Position numbers and translations under genes: made by a program. Below are positions 10,121 through 20,382 of a DNA stretch of 64,000 nt, in pieces. The number at the start of each line of letters is the position of its first letter. The first letter of the stretch is position 1. The notes under the pieces were generated by a model, which had not been told where the DNA came from, searched no databases, and saw nothing but the letters and a program-made list of their open reading frames with translations. Origin of the DNA: Candidatus Poribacteria bacterium (GTDB taxonomy: Bacteria > Poribacteria > WGA-4E > WGA-3G); NCBI GenBank assembly GCA_963665235.2, contig CAXXLX010000001.1, positions 3,520,001 through 3,584,000 of the forward strand. The letters are read 5' to 3'.

Positions 10121-10819
10121 TTAATTTTCACTACTATCAACACGACTGATAACCACATAAGTGCGATTCAATTCGGGTATACGGCTGACATGCACCACAT
10201 CAATTTTGCCGCCGAGTTGATGAATTCTTTTCTCACTCTGGCGGATTTCAGCAGCGTTTTGACCAGATTTGTAGGCTATCCATCTTCCTGTGGTTTTAAG
10301 CAGTGGCAGACAATATGCTGCTGACTCTGCTAGAGAGGCAACGTAACGTGTTAATACCCAATCGTAAGTGTTCACAAATTCAGCAGCTTCCGCACAAGTT
10401 TCCGCGCGTACATCTAGCACTTCAACTGACCCAGCCAAACCGAGCTGATAAATCACATATTTGAGAAATGCTGCCTTTTTGTGAGAAGCCTCAACGAGGG
10501 TTAACCGGATATCTGGAATGTAAATTTTAAGCACAATCCCTGGAAACCCTGCTCCGGTTCCAATATCGACAACGGTTTGTCCTCCCTTCATATTGACGTG
10601 TTCCAGCACGCTGACCGAGTCAAGAAAATGTTTATAGCGTACCTCTGCCTCATTTCTAAGTGCCGTTAGGTTAATATGGGCATTCCATCGCTTCAATGCC
10701 GAAAAATACCGGGTTAACTGTTCAACCTGTTGTGGTGTAAGCGGAAATCCGTACCGGTCGAAGTCCGCTTTAAGTTGATGCTGGAATTGCGTCTCCATGT
10801 TTTTTTGTAATAACGGCAT
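10121..10819 (-). CDS. rsmG: 16S rRNA m7G527 methyltransferase
   Basis: WNAHINLT, HFLDS and DIGTGAGFPG motifs; downstream of mnmG. Confidence 0.95.
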   Translation of the reverse strand: MPLLQKNMETQFQHQLKADFDRYGFPLTPQQVEQLTRYFSALKRWNAHINLTALRNEAEVRYKHFLDSVSVLEHVNMKGGQTVVDIGTGAGFPGIVLKIYIPDIRLTLVEASHKKAAFLKYVIYQLGLAGSVEVLDVRAETCAEAAEFVNTYDWVLTRYVASLAESAAYCLPLLKTTGRWIAYKSGQNAAEIRQSEKRIHQLGGKIDVVHVSRIPELNRTYVVISRVDSSEN

Positions 10820-11099
10820 ACAAAGAATGCCTATTAGGTGGTCCCATGGTTTGTATCTATGTTATTAGACTTCACATTTTTATAATAACATAATTCTATT
10901 TCTAAAGTCAACTTTTTTTAGATTTATTATGATGGACTGTGGGGATTCAGGTTTGCGCGGTGAGCTGTTGGGAAAAATGTAGCGGATTGTAACACTTTTT
11001 AATGATGTGAGTTCAATGGACAAACCTATAAGCGTTAATCCCCTTTGACAAAATATTTACACACGCCTTCTGTGTCGAAAATACCAAGAAAACGTTGGA

Positions 11100-12977
11100 C
11101 TATCGGTTTTGCTGATGCAGCATGACCATCAAGATTGAAACGTCCGCTGGGGATACCCCAGGCAGACGGGACGCTTGACCGATAGACGTAGGCCGAATCT
11201 TTGCAAGCTTCTCGCGTGCCTCCGTTTTTAAACCGCGCACCTCCGTGTAATTAAAGGTATCAGGGATACGAAGGTGCTCTAATTTTTTGAACTGATGAAT
11301 CTGCTGTTGTTGCCGTTGGATATAACCATCATATTTAATCTGAATTTCAACCTGTTCTGTAACGGCTGAATCGAGTGTCCCCGGGGGCGGCACTAGCCGT
11401 GCTATGTCTGCATAGCGGAGTTCTGGACGTTTGAGCAGGTCTGCCAATAGGGTCGGTTGCTTGAGCTCCCCGGTTTTGGCGATATTTGCTAATTTTTCAA
11501 TAGTTGCCGCGTTCGGGGTGAGTCGTGTTTCTGATAGCCGCTTCAGTTCTGTTTCGATAGCACTCGCTTTGCGCTGAAATCTACTGTAGGTGTCATCATC
11601 AACGAGCCCAATTTGTCTGCCGATTTCAGTAAGCCGCAGGTCAGCGTTGTCCTCGCGTAATGTCAATCTATATTCCGCGCGAGATGTGAACATTCGGTAA
11701 GGTTCACGAATATCTAAGGTCACCAAATCGTCAATGAGAACAGCTATGTATGCCTGTGCTCTGTCAAGGATAAGAGGCTCTTTGCCTTTCACTTTCAAGG
11801 CGGCATTGATGCCAGCCATTAATCCTTGCGCGGCGGCTTCCTCATAACCGGTTGTGCCGTTGAGCTGACCGGCAAAATAGAGTCCAGGCACCTGTTTTGT
11901 TTCCAATGTCGGTTGCAGTTGCGTAGCAGGGGCAAAGTCATATTCGACAGCGTAACCGAAACGCATAATCTCGGCATTCTCTAATCCTTTGATGCTATGC
12001 ACCATCTCCACTTGTACATCTTCGGGCAAACTTGCAGAAATGCCGTTAAGGTAAATCTCGTCTGTATCCAACCCCTCCGGTTCGACAAAAACCTGATGTT
12101 CCGTTTTTTCAGCAAACCGCACCACTTTATCCTCAATAGAGGGACAATAGCGGGGACCGATACCGACGATGCGTCCGCTATACATTGCTGAACGGTGCAG
12201 GTTTTGACGAATAACCTCGTGTGTTTTTTCATTGGTATAGGTGAGATAGCACGGCACTTGCGGTTGTGTAATTCGCTCTGTTGAAAACGAGAACGGCATC
12301 GGCTCTTCATCGCCCGGTTGCATCTCCATCTGACTAACGTCGATAGAGTGTGCATTCACACGCGGGGGGGTGCCTGTTTTAAGTCTGCCGATTTCAAAAC
12401 CGAGGTTCAGAAAACTTTCAGAGAGTTTTTCGGCAGAAGATTCACCTGCCCTGCCAGCACTATACGACACATCTCCGATATGAATTAGGCCTCTTAAGAA
12501 GGTCCCTGTCGTTAGAATTACGGCATCTCCGTAATAAGCGGTTTGGGTTTGGCTTTTAATTCCGATGCACCGCCCATCTTCGACGAGCAATTCTTCCACT
12601 AACACCTGTTTGGTGTCGAGGCGTTCCTGTTTTTCCAGTACACACTTCATTTCATCCTGATACGCCTTTTTGTCCGCCTGCGCGCGGCTGGAACGCACCG
12701 CCGGTCCCTTTTTGGTGTTCAAACGGCGGAATTGGATGCCGGTTTTGTCAATGTTCTTCGCCATCTCCCCGCCCAGAGCGTCTATCTCTTTTACAAGATG
12801 CCCCTTGGCAAGTCCCCCGATAGCAGGATTGCAAGACATCTTGCCAATCGTATCCAGATTGATGGTTACGATGAGCACTTCGCAGCCCATGCGCGCGGCA
12901 GCAAGTGCTGCTTCGCAGCCTGCATGTCCCGCGCCGACAACGATAACATCGTAATGTTTGTGATAGGTGTTCATCAT
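11100..12977 (-). CDS. mnmG: tRNA uridine-5-carboxymethylaminomethyl modification enzyme
   Basis: GAGHAGCEAA, MSCNPAIGG, GPRYCPSIEDK and YRMFTSRAEYR motifs. Confidence 0.98.
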   Translation of the reverse strand: MMNTYHKHYDVIVVGAGHAGCEAALAAARMGCEVLIVTINLDTIGKMSCNPAIGGLAKGHLVKEIDALGGEMAKNIDKTGIQFRRLNTKKGPAVRSSRAQADKKAYQDEMKCVLEKQERLDTKQVLVEELLVEDGRCIGIKSQTQTAYYGDAVILTTGTFLRGLIHIGDVSYSAGRAGESSAEKLSESFLNLGFEIGRLKTGTPPRVNAHSIDVSQMEMQPGDEEPMPFSFSTERITQPQVPCYLTYTNEKTHEVIRQNLHRSAMYSGRIVGIGPRYCPSIEDKVVRFAEKTEHQVFVEPEGLDTDEIYLNGISASLPEDVQVEMVHSIKGLENAEIMRFGYAVEYDFAPATQLQPTLETKQVPGLYFAGQLNGTTGYEEAAAQGLMAGINAALKVKGKEPLILDRAQAYIAVLIDDLVTLDIREPYRMFTSRAEYRLTLREDNADLRLTEIGRQIGLVDDDTYSRFQRKASAIETELKRLSETRLTPNAATIEKLANIAKTGELKQPTLLADLLKRPELRYADIARLVPPPGTLDSAVTEQVEIQIKYDGYIQRQQQQIHQFKKLEHLRIPDTFNYTEVRGLKTEAREKLAKIRPTSIGQASRLPGVSPADVSILMVMLHQQNR

Positions 12978-13051
12978 CTTTTTCCGTTGTGTAGGATTTA
13001 CTAAAGTTTGGGCAATTTTAGAGTTTGCATTTGCCGTCGGTTTCCAGATGC

Positions 13052-13954
13052 CTATTGCCTGCTATTTCCGTTGAGATCAATATCCTCGAAGGTTTTAGCG
13101 TTGAGTATCTGATCGAAGAGTGTATCAAGTTGTGAGAATTCCGTGATTCCCCGGATTTCCTCTACAACGGTATCAGAGATTTCAGGGAATTGGTGCGTTA
13201 GCAACTTGATAACATACTCTTGTTTAGTGCGGAATTCACCTTGTTCGAGACCGCGCTCATAACCTTGTTCATCACCGCGTTTCATGACCTGTTCGTAAAA
13301 AGGAGATTCTTGCATGATTGCCTCCAATCTAGGTTTTTGAAAAAGTTCGTTTGGATGGACTAAACTCCCGAAAACCGAGAGCGCAAATAGAAGGTTCGCC
13401 CGCATTTCTCGGCTGACATCTGCTGCTTGGGTCGTCTCTATACACTTCTCAACCCAGGCTTCAGGGGTCATATCCGCTGGCGGTTCCATCAAAGCCGTGA
13501 AAGGGAGCAAGCCTACAGCTGCAGGGTCTAAAAACGCTTCCCCCGGCAACTCATAAACACGGATGACGTTATACTGGAAGTACCCACCGCCCCGCTGTTC
13601 GTTTCCATACCTATAGACACCGGTGTCATTTTTCCCCGCAGGGGGACGGATATAGAACACCGTTGAATAGACGTTCTTGCCGTGTTCAAGGGCAAGGAGA
13701 CTTGAATATGCCAGCATCCGGAGGTGCATCGGTTTATGGGTGCTGTCGTCGGTTTGTGCCTCTATATGTAGGATAGCCTTCTCATCAGGCAGTTGGACGT
13801 GAAACGTCATATCGCTATGATGCACCCGAAGCGTGACGTGTGCGGTGTTCAGCTGCTCTAAAATTTTTACTTCTGATGTCCCGAGTGCTAACGCTGCTAA
13901 AGCATCCGGGAACCACTCCGTAATGCGTTTAAAGATTTTATCAAAAAATGCCAT
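13052..13954 (-). CDS. Rpn family recombination-promoting nuclease / PD-(D/E)XK putative transposase with DUF4351-like C-terminus
   Basis: SD..LHIEAQT..MHLRML.Y core; C-terminal MQESPFY..EQGYERGLEQG. Confidence 0.8.
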   Translation of the reverse strand: MAFFDKIFKRITEWFPDALAALALGTSEVKILEQLNTAHVTLRVHHSDMTFHVQLPDEKAILHIEAQTDDSTHKPMHLRMLAYSSLLALEHGKNVYSTVFYIRPPAGKNDTGVYRYGNEQRGGGYFQYNVIRVYELPGEAFLDPAAVGLLPFTALMEPPADMTPEAWVEKCIETTQAADVSREMRANLLFALSVFGSLVHPNELFQKPRLEAIMQESPFYEQVMKRGDEQGYERGLEQGEFRTKQEYVIKLLTHQFPEISDTVVEEIRGITEFSQLDTLFDQILNAKTFEDIDLNGNSRQ

Positions 13955-13977
13955 AATGAATATTATACCTTATATTA

Positions 13978-14330
13978 ACCCAAGTTGCTACTTATAAGTT
14001 TTTAGACCTGGAAACACCGTCTTTAATGAAAATATGCTGATAATTAGCTAATATTTGTCCCGTTCACTTCCAATTCGCACACAAATATGCACAATCTGGA
14101 AGATTATGCTACTACAAATATGCACAATCTGGAAGATTATGCTACTACAAATATGCACAATCTGGAAGATTATGCTACTACAAATATGCACAATCTGGAA
14201 GATTATGCTACAAATACAAATATGCACAATCTGGAAGATTATGCTACTACAAATATGCACAATCTGGAAGATTATGCTACTACAAATATGCACGATCTGG
14301 AAGATTATGCTACTATGTGGCAACTTAGGT
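13978..14330. mobile_element. MITE family 2 carrying 7 tandem ~33-bp hairpin units
   Basis: TIRs ACCCAAGTTGC / GCAACTTAGGT; 7-bp flanking direct repeat TATATTA; second copy at 56088-56239. Confidence 0.85.
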
Positions 14331-14418
14331 TATATTATAGAGATATGTCAATATGTTTAATCTGACCCGTTAAGTTTTTATAGATATTTCCTAACTGCAA
14401 CTAACCCTATTGGCGAGC

Positions 14419-15360
14419 CTAAAGCCCCTCATAAATAATATTGAGAACGAGTGTGCCGACAATCTCTAAACTTTTCGGGCTGCATTTATCCACTGTGTCT
14501 TCAAGCGTGTGCCAGTGTGGATAATCGAAGTCAATGATATTGACCATCGGTATGCCTGCCCTGATTAACGGCACATGGTCATCCATCACTGCGGGCCCTA
14601 ATTTGCGTTGAAATGGAGCTAAACCGAGCTTCTCTGCACGTTGCCAGATTGCTGACGCAAGTTGACTGTTTGCCTGCCAAGAGAATTTTTCTATCGGTAT
14701 TTGTAAATCTTTATCACCTATCATGTCCAAAAGGATGCCGTAGTCCGGTCTCCATTTTCCCATGTTTTTCGCGAAATATCGAGAACCGAGGAACATTTGG
14801 TCGGTTGTTTTTCCGTAATCTTCACCGTCAAATAGGATAATAACAATTCTACGTGGCGGGGGTTTCTCTTTTAGCATTCGTGCGATTTCGAGTAAAACTG
14901 CTACCCCTGACGCGCCATCATTCGCGCCGAGGATGGGTTCGCGTTGCTTCTCAAGATTCGGGTCTCTATCTGCACAGGGGCGCGTGTCCCAATGTGCAGC
15001 GAGCAGCAGTGTCTCGCGATGGTCCCCGCCAAATTCCGCGATGATGTTGTTCATGTGCAACGTTATCCGTTGCGGCGGAACACTGTTGCTATCTACCTCC
15101 GATGTGTAGGGTTGAAGCACCACGGTATCAGCATATTTCTTGAGTTCCGTGAAAAGGTACGCTTGGGTTTTCTGGTGTGCGTCTGACCCCGGGGGGCGCG
15201 GGCCAAATTCACACTGCTTTTCCAAGAAAACAAACGCGCGTTGTCCATCGAAGCGAGGGTGTTCCCCCTCAATAGGCGCGCTATTTGATTCAACACATGT
15301 GGAGGCGATACCACAGTAACAGAGAATAGTAATGATGGCAGTAAATTGTATAAATTTCAT
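14419..15360 (-). CDS. M28 family peptidase (glutaminyl cyclase-like), exported
   Basis: AHWDTR, GANDGASG, FDGED, DDH and WHT motifs; signal peptide. Confidence 0.9.
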   Translation of the reverse strand: MKFIQFTAIITILCYCGIASTCVESNSAPIEGEHPRFDGQRAFVFLEKQCEFGPRPPGSDAHQKTQAYLFTELKKYADTVVLQPYTSEVDSNSVPPQRITLHMNNIIAEFGGDHRETLLLAAHWDTRPCADRDPNLEKQREPILGANDGASGVAVLLEIARMLKEKPPPRRIVIILFDGEDYGKTTDQMFLGSRYFAKNMGKWRPDYGILLDMIGDKDLQIPIEKFSWQANSQLASAIWQRAEKLGLAPFQRKLGPAVMDDHVPLIRAGIPMVNIIDFDYPHWHTLEDTVDKCSPKSLEIVGTLVLNIIYEGL

Positions 15361-15381
15361 CGGTCAACCCGGTCTAGGAAA

Positions 15382-15981
15382 TTAGACTGTGCGCCTCCCT
15401 TCCAATGCTTTCGCGAGCGTTACCTCGTCAATGTACTCCAAATCTCCCCCGACAGGGATACCGTGGGCGATTCGGGTGACGGTTACCTGAAACGGTTCCA
15501 ATTGTTGCGTAAGGTAGAGGGCTGTCGCTTGTCCCTCTGTGTTCCAATTCGTAGCAAGGATAATCTCTTTAACGGTGCCGTTGTGTACGCGCCCGAGGAG
15601 GGACTCCATTCTCAGGGAGTCCGGGCCGATACCGTCTAAAGGGGATAGAACGCCCCCGAGGACATGATAGAGTCCGTTATGACTTTCGGTGCGTTCGATT
15701 GCCCAGAGGTCATCGGATTCTTCGACGACACATATAACTTGTTGGTTCCGTCTTGGGTTTGAACAGATTTTACACGGATTGATGTCCGTGATAGTGCCAC
15801 ATATTTTGCAATCCGACAAGTTTTTTTTAACTTCCAAAATCGCTTCAGCGATTTGGGTGGTCTCATTCTCCGGGAGCTTTAGCATAAAAAATGCCAAACG
15901 TTGCGCGGTTTTTGGACCGACTGTCGGAAGTTTTTGGAGCTGTAGGATGAGCCGCTCCAACGGTTGCGGATAGCCTTGCAT
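15382..15981 (-). CDS. recR: Recombination mediator RecR
   Basis: LPTVGPKTAQRLA, C4 zinc finger and YHVLGG TOPRIM motif. Confidence 0.97.
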   Translation of the reverse strand: MQGYPQPLERLILQLQKLPTVGPKTAQRLAFFMLKLPENETTQIAEAILEVKKNLSDCKICGTITDINPCKICSNPRRNQQVICVVEESDDLWAIERTESHNGLYHVLGGVLSPLDGIGPDSLRMESLLGRVHNGTVKEIILATNWNTEGQATALYLTQQLEPFQVTVTRIAHGIPVGGDLEYIDEVTLAKALEGRRTV

Positions 15982-16129
15982 GTTTTCGCCAATTCTTTAG
16001 TTTGAAGGGTTGTCGGTTTATCTCAGATGCGTCCGTTGCTAAGTGCCAATGGAGCTGCTGAAGTCGGCACCGTGTCCGTTTAGAAATCGAACCTTGCGGT
16101 TCCAGTTCCGGCAGTTGAGATGTGAACCC

Positions 16130-16438
16130 TTACGGCAGTCCAGGAAGTTTGAGCCCACCGGTCAGTTTGCTCATCTCCTCAGACATCAATTCTTGGGATC
16201 GTTGCAACGCTTCATTGACAGCGGCGACGACTAAATCTTCAAGCATTTCGGTGTCGTCTGGGTCGACCACTTCTGGTGTAATACGAAGTGAGACAAGCTC
16301 TTGCTGCCCGTTGACGACTGCTGTGACCATCCCACCGCCGACGTTTGCCTCGATAGTCTGGTTAGCGAGTTCTTCTCGAATTTCAAGCATGCGCTTTTGC
16401 ATCTGCTGTGCCTGTTTCATCAAGTCATTCATTTTCAT
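16130..16438 (-). CDS. ybaB: YbaB/EbfC nucleoid-associated protein
   Basis: MKQAQQMQ..GGGMV..MLEDLVVAAVNEA; located between dnaX and recR. Confidence 0.95.
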   Translation of the reverse strand: MKMNDLMKQAQQMQKRMLEIREELANQTIEANVGGGMVTAVVNGQQELVSLRITPEVVDPDDTEMLEDLVVAAVNEALQRSQELMSEEMSKLTGGLKLPGLP

Positions 16439-16486
16439 AATAATAAAATAGGTTCCGGTTCTGAAAAAAGGACCGGATGTTTCTCC

Positions 16487-18256
16487 TTATTGGGTTTCTA
16501 CAATTGTTGCGTCAAAGAGTGCAAGCACCGGTCTCAGCTGTTCATCCTCCGCGGCTTGCCGTCTACGCATCATTGGGGTTGTTCTCATCTCTTTTTCAGA
16601 TGTTTCGGAGCTCTCCTTGGTTTGTGCAATGCCTTCCTGTTTAACAAGTTTAACGTCTATCGTTTCGCCAACGATTTTTGTAAAAGCGGTATTGATAATT
16701 TGTTTCGCTTCATCGTTCGCCAATTCGTCAAACATTGTTGGGGAGCACGCGATTTTAATCTGATTGTGGCCGTTTAGCACTGGCACTGCATCCTTAAACA
16801 GTACATAGTTTAGCTTTGCCGGGAGTTGCGGTCTCACCTCTTTTTCCCAAATAGACTCCAACTCGGTCGTTAAATCCCGGACGCTTTGGGGCTCGGATGC
16901 GACCGTGTTTGGGACAGCCTCATTCGGTTCCGGCACGGCTTGCTGGTCGGAATGAGACACAGTGCCTGAGGTGGATGGCTCCCGGGGGGTGTATGCGATT
17001 TCGCTAGGAGGTACCACCGTTTCCCGCGTGTAGGGCTCCGGGAGTGTAGCCTGCGCCACCGATTCTGATGCTACAGCGGCACTGTCAATTTTCTGCTCTA
17101 AGGCCACCAATTTATTGACAATTTCCTCAAGTTGAATTCCCTCTTTAAGTGAGTTGAGCTGAATCAGTGCGTTTTCAAGTTGCAGTTGCGGGTACCCGTA
17201 CTGTTTGATGTCACTGTTAGTGTGCATCAAGATTTTGATAATTCGGGAGAGCCGGTCTACTGAAATCTGTTGTGCTTTCTGCTTGAGCGCGGGTAGCTCA
17301 GATTTTGGGCTCTGGATAAGGTCATCTAGCGTATTGTCAATTGTGAGGAGCCGGATGTCCCGAAAATAGGCAATCAGTTGATGAAGGCATTGGACTAAAT
17401 TGGTGCCCTGTTTAGAAAGTTTGTTTAAGGTTACCAGCCCGTTAGTGAGGTTCCGCTCGCCAATTGCTTCGGTCAGTTCGTGAAGGAGAAAGCTGGAGCT
17501 GAGCCCGAGCGTTTCTTCAACAGCGGACACCGTCAAATTTTTTCCAGCGGAGGCAACCAATCGTTCTAGGAGGTTTTCGGCATCCCGAAGGCAGCCTTCA
17601 GATTGGCGAGCGATGAGTGAGAAAACCTCACCTTCTGCTGAAATATCTTCATCGTCGGATATGAGTTGTAAACGTGCGGTTATCTGCTCAGGAGTTAGGT
17701 GCCGGAAGTCAAAATCTTGACAACGCGAGGTGATGGTTTTCGGAATTTTTCCGTGCTCGGTAGTCGCCATAATGAAAATGACATGCGGGGGAGGCTCTTC
17801 AAGTGTTTTTAAAAGCGCGTTGAACCCATCGGTCGTCAACATGTGAACTTCATCGATGATATAAACCTTATACTTACAAGCTGCGGGGGAGAGTTTGACG
17901 TTTTCACGGAGGTCACGGATTGTGTCAATTCCGCGATTGGAAGCAGCGTCCATCTCTATTACATCAAACGAGGTCCCATCTGAAATGTCCTTACAGAAGA
18001 CGCACGCGTTGCACGGTTCTGCAACGGTGACAGGCCCTAAGTCGGTGTCTTGTGTGCGATTCGGACAGTTGACAGCTTTGGCAAAGAGCCGCGCGACTGT
18101 CGTTTTCCCAGTGCCTCTCGGTCCCCAGAAAAGGTAGGCGTGGCCGAGGCGTTCGGACCGAATTTGGTTTTGTAGCGTGGTAGTCACGTGTGCTTGTCCA
18201 ACAACATCGCGGAAGTATTGAGGGCGCCATTTTTGGGCAAAGACTTCATAAGACAT
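16487..18256 (-). CDS. dnaX: DNA polymerase III subunit gamma/tau
   Basis: KWRPQYF, GPRGTGKT, EMDAASNRG and IIDEVHML motifs. Confidence 0.97.
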   Translation of the reverse strand: MSYEVFAQKWRPQYFRDVVGQAHVTTTLQNQIRSERLGHAYLFWGPRGTGKTTVARLFAKAVNCPNRTQDTDLGPVTVAEPCNACVFCKDISDGTSFDVIEMDAASNRGIDTIRDLRENVKLSPAACKYKVYIIDEVHMLTTDGFNALLKTLEEPPPHVIFIMATTEHGKIPKTITSRCQDFDFRHLTPEQITARLQLISDDEDISAEGEVFSLIARQSEGCLRDAENLLERLVASAGKNLTVSAVEETLGLSSSFLLHELTEAIGERNLTNGLVTLNKLSKQGTNLVQCLHQLIAYFRDIRLLTIDNTLDDLIQSPKSELPALKQKAQQISVDRLSRIIKILMHTNSDIKQYGYPQLQLENALIQLNSLKEGIQLEEIVNKLVALEQKIDSAAVASESVAQATLPEPYTRETVVPPSEIAYTPREPSTSGTVSHSDQQAVPEPNEAVPNTVASEPQSVRDLTTELESIWEKEVRPQLPAKLNYVLFKDAVPVLNGHNQIKIACSPTMFDELANDEAKQIINTAFTKIVGETIDVKLVKQEGIAQTKESSETSEKEMRTTPMMRRRQAAEDEQLRPVLALFDATIVETQ

Positions 18257-18400
18257 GCGAAAACCTTAGAGGGACAGAGATAGAAATTTACTCTCACTAC
18301 GATGGCGAGGTAGTATGAACGTTCCAATCCAAATATTACCTATATTAAATAGGCAGGACGTACCACAACACCCCACCTCTACACTCAGGCAGTGGATACT

Positions 18401-18670
18401 GGCTATGCACCCGGGGTTGACAAGCCTTTCCAAGCGTTGCCCATGTCGTTGGCTCCGGCCAGGCTACCTTGCGTCACACTATAAAACTTATCTGCCGCTG
18501 CTTCTTTCCAGACCTGACGGGGTTCAACAAGCTATAGTTGCTCAAGACCCAGCCTTCAACGCTACGTGCATGGGACAGTCCTTACAAAGACAGGCCGCAT
18601 ACCGGGAATTCAGTCCTGCTATAGCGGATTGCAGGTGCAGGGCACCGCTACCTCCCCACCTAGCATAACC
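18401..18670 (-). ncRNA. ffs: Large-type bacterial SRP RNA (with Alu domain)
   Basis: 5' GCTAGGTGGGGAGGTAGCGGTGCCCTGCACCTGCAATCCGCT; helix 8 TCAGGTCTGGAAAGAAGCAGC; complementary ends; upstream of dnaX. Confidence 0.92.
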
Positions 18671-18699
18671 AAGCTGTTAAATGTATTTATCGGATGTTA

Positions 18700-19135
18700 T
18701 ACCATTTTTATTAATTATTCTATCATTACCGGTTGTTAGAAATGAAACAAAGAACGGAAGACCCAAACTGGAAGTTTATGCTACAATAAAGCACACAAAC
18801 TGGAAGTTTATGCTACAATAAAGCACACAAACTGGAAGTTTATGCTACAATAAAGCACACAAACTGGAAGTTTATGCTACAATAAAGCACACAAACTGGA
18901 AGTTTATGCTACAATAAAGCACACAAACTGGAAGTTTATGCTACAATAAAGCACACAAACTGGAAGTTTATGCTACAATAAAGCACACAAACTGGAAGTT
19001 TATGCTACAATAAAGCACACAAACTGGAAGTTTATGCTACAATAAAGCACACAAACTGGAAGTTTATGCTACAATAAAGCACACAAACTAAAAGTTTATG
19101 CTACAATAAAGAGACATTTTCAATTAGAAATGGTA
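18700..19135. mobile_element. MITE family 1 carrying 11 tandem 32-bp units
   Basis: Ends TACCATTT / AAATGGTA; TTA target duplication; unit CACACAAACTGGAAGTTTATGCTACAATAAAG. Confidence 0.88.
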
Positions 19136-19186
19136 TTAGATAGTTCCGACAATAGGCGGTACGGCTGGCGTACCGCAACAAAAAAA

Positions 19187-19278
19187 TGGCGGAGAGAGTG
19201 GGATTCGAACCCACGGTACTGCTTAACAGCACACATGATTTCCAGTCATGCCAGTTCAACCAACTCCTGCATCTCTCC
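19187..19278 (-). tRNA. tRNA-Ser(GGA)
   Basis: Cloverleaf with long variable arm, anticodon loop CTGGAAA, encoded CCA. Confidence 0.93.
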
Positions 19279-19341
19279 GATACGCTCCGGTAGGGAGCAC
19301 ATACTGCGCATCACCCTACAAATATCTCTAAGAAAATGGAA

Positions 19342-19414
19342 TGGAGCAGACGGGAGTTGAACCCGTGACCTCATCCGTGCGAGGGATGCGCTCTCCCAAC
19401 TGAGCTACTGCCCC
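19342..19414 (-). tRNA. tRNA-Ala(CGC)
   Basis: GGGGCAG acceptor with G3:U70 pair, anticodon loop CTCGCAC. Confidence 0.92.
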
Positions 19415-19448
19415 AAAAACTTCGAAAACGGACGCTAGAAAAATTCAA

Positions 19449-19533
19449 CGGAGAGAGTGGGATTCGAACCCACGGTGACTTGCGCCACAACAGTTTTCGA
19501 GACTGTCCAGTTCAACCACTCCTGCATCTCTCC
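19449..19533 (-). tRNA. tRNA-Ser(CGA)
   Basis: Anticodon loop CTCGAAA, long variable arm, GTTCGAATC T-loop. Confidence 0.92.
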
Positions 19534-19567
19534 CTAGTGTTATAGAAGACTTTGGATTTTTTAGGTA

Positions 19568-20017
19568 TTAACGTCGTTCCATAAAAAAAGATTTCAATAA
19601 CGTGCTGCTCTCTTCTGCTAAAATACCGCTTACCAATTCGACTTGATGGTTCAATCGTTCATCTTGAAGGATGTTGTAGAGGCTGCCTGCGGCTCCCGAT
19701 TTCGGATCGGATGTAGCATAAACAACCCGCGGAATACGGGCAAGAACTATCGCCCCTGCACACATTGGACACGGCTCCAAGGTGACATATAGGGTCGTAT
19801 CGCTCAAACGCCAGTCGCCAATTTTTTGGGAAGCAGTCTGTATCGCCAGTATTTCGGCGTGTGCAATAGGATTGCCGGAATGCTCCCGCAGATTATGGGC
19901 AGCAGCGAGTTGCATATCTGCTTTCACAATGACTGCACCGACAGGCACTTCACCCTTCTTCCCTGCTTGTTGTGCTAATTCGAGGGCTTGCCCCATCCAA
20001 AAGGAATCGATGTCCAA
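19568..20017 (-). CDS. tadA: tRNA adenosine(34) deaminase
   Basis: GEVPVGA, AHAE and TLEPCPMCAGA motifs. Confidence 0.95.
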   Translation of the reverse strand: MDIDSFWMGQALELAQQAGKKGEVPVGAVIVKADMQLAAAHNLREHSGNPIAHAEILAIQTASQKIGDWRLSDTTLYVTLEPCPMCAGAIVLARIPRVVYATSDPKSGAAGSLYNILQDERLNHQVELVSGILAEESSTLLKSFFMERR

Positions 20018-20082
20018 TTTTTCTGCCTTTGTCCATACCCATGCAAAATGTGCATGGGTGCCAACCCGGGTGTAATTGAGAA

Positions 20083-20156
20083 AGCGCCTGAGAGGATTCG
20101 AACCCCCGCCCTTCTGATCCGTAGTCAGATGCTCTAATCCACTGAGCTACAGGCGC
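20083..20156 (-). tRNA. tRNA-Arg(ACG)
   Basis: Anticodon loop CTACGGA. Confidence 0.93.
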
Positions 20157-20168
20157 GCCTTCAAAAAA

Positions 20169-20253
20169 CGGAGAGGGTGGGATTCGAACCCACGATGACT
20201 TACGCCATAACTGCTTAGCAGGCAGTCCAGTTCAACCACTCCTGCACCTCTCC
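20169..20253 (-). tRNA. tRNA-Ser(GCT)
   Basis: Anticodon loop CTGCTAA, long variable arm. Confidence 0.92.
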
Positions 20254-20270
20254 CTATTTAATTTAAACGA

Positions 20271-20358
20271 TGGCGGTGGGAGTAGGATTCGAACCCACGG
20301 TGACTTGCGCCACAACGGTTTTCAAGACCGCCGCTTTCGTCCACTCAGCCATCCCACC
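20271..20358 (-). tRNA. tRNA-Ser(TGA)
   Basis: Anticodon loop CTTGAAA, encoded CCA. Confidence 0.93.
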
Positions 20359-20382
20359 AATCTTTTCCATTTACTGCTTTTA

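Noticed and set aside
14048-14365. Repetitive ORFs (MLLQICTIWKI, MHKLEVYATRK etc., also at 28300-28610 and 55433-55682)
   Set aside because: Translation artefacts of the tandem DNA repeats; open in several frames and strands
18764-19110. 32-33-bp periodic arrays as CRISPR or TIGR-like guide arrays
   Set aside because: Units are head-to-tail with only 6-12-bp near-identical linkers, have no unique spacers or adjacent effector gene, and lie inside TIR/TSD-bounded elements
18315-19360. Plus-strand ORFs 18315-18668 and 19130-19360
   Set aside because: Antisense to SRP RNA and tRNA-Ser
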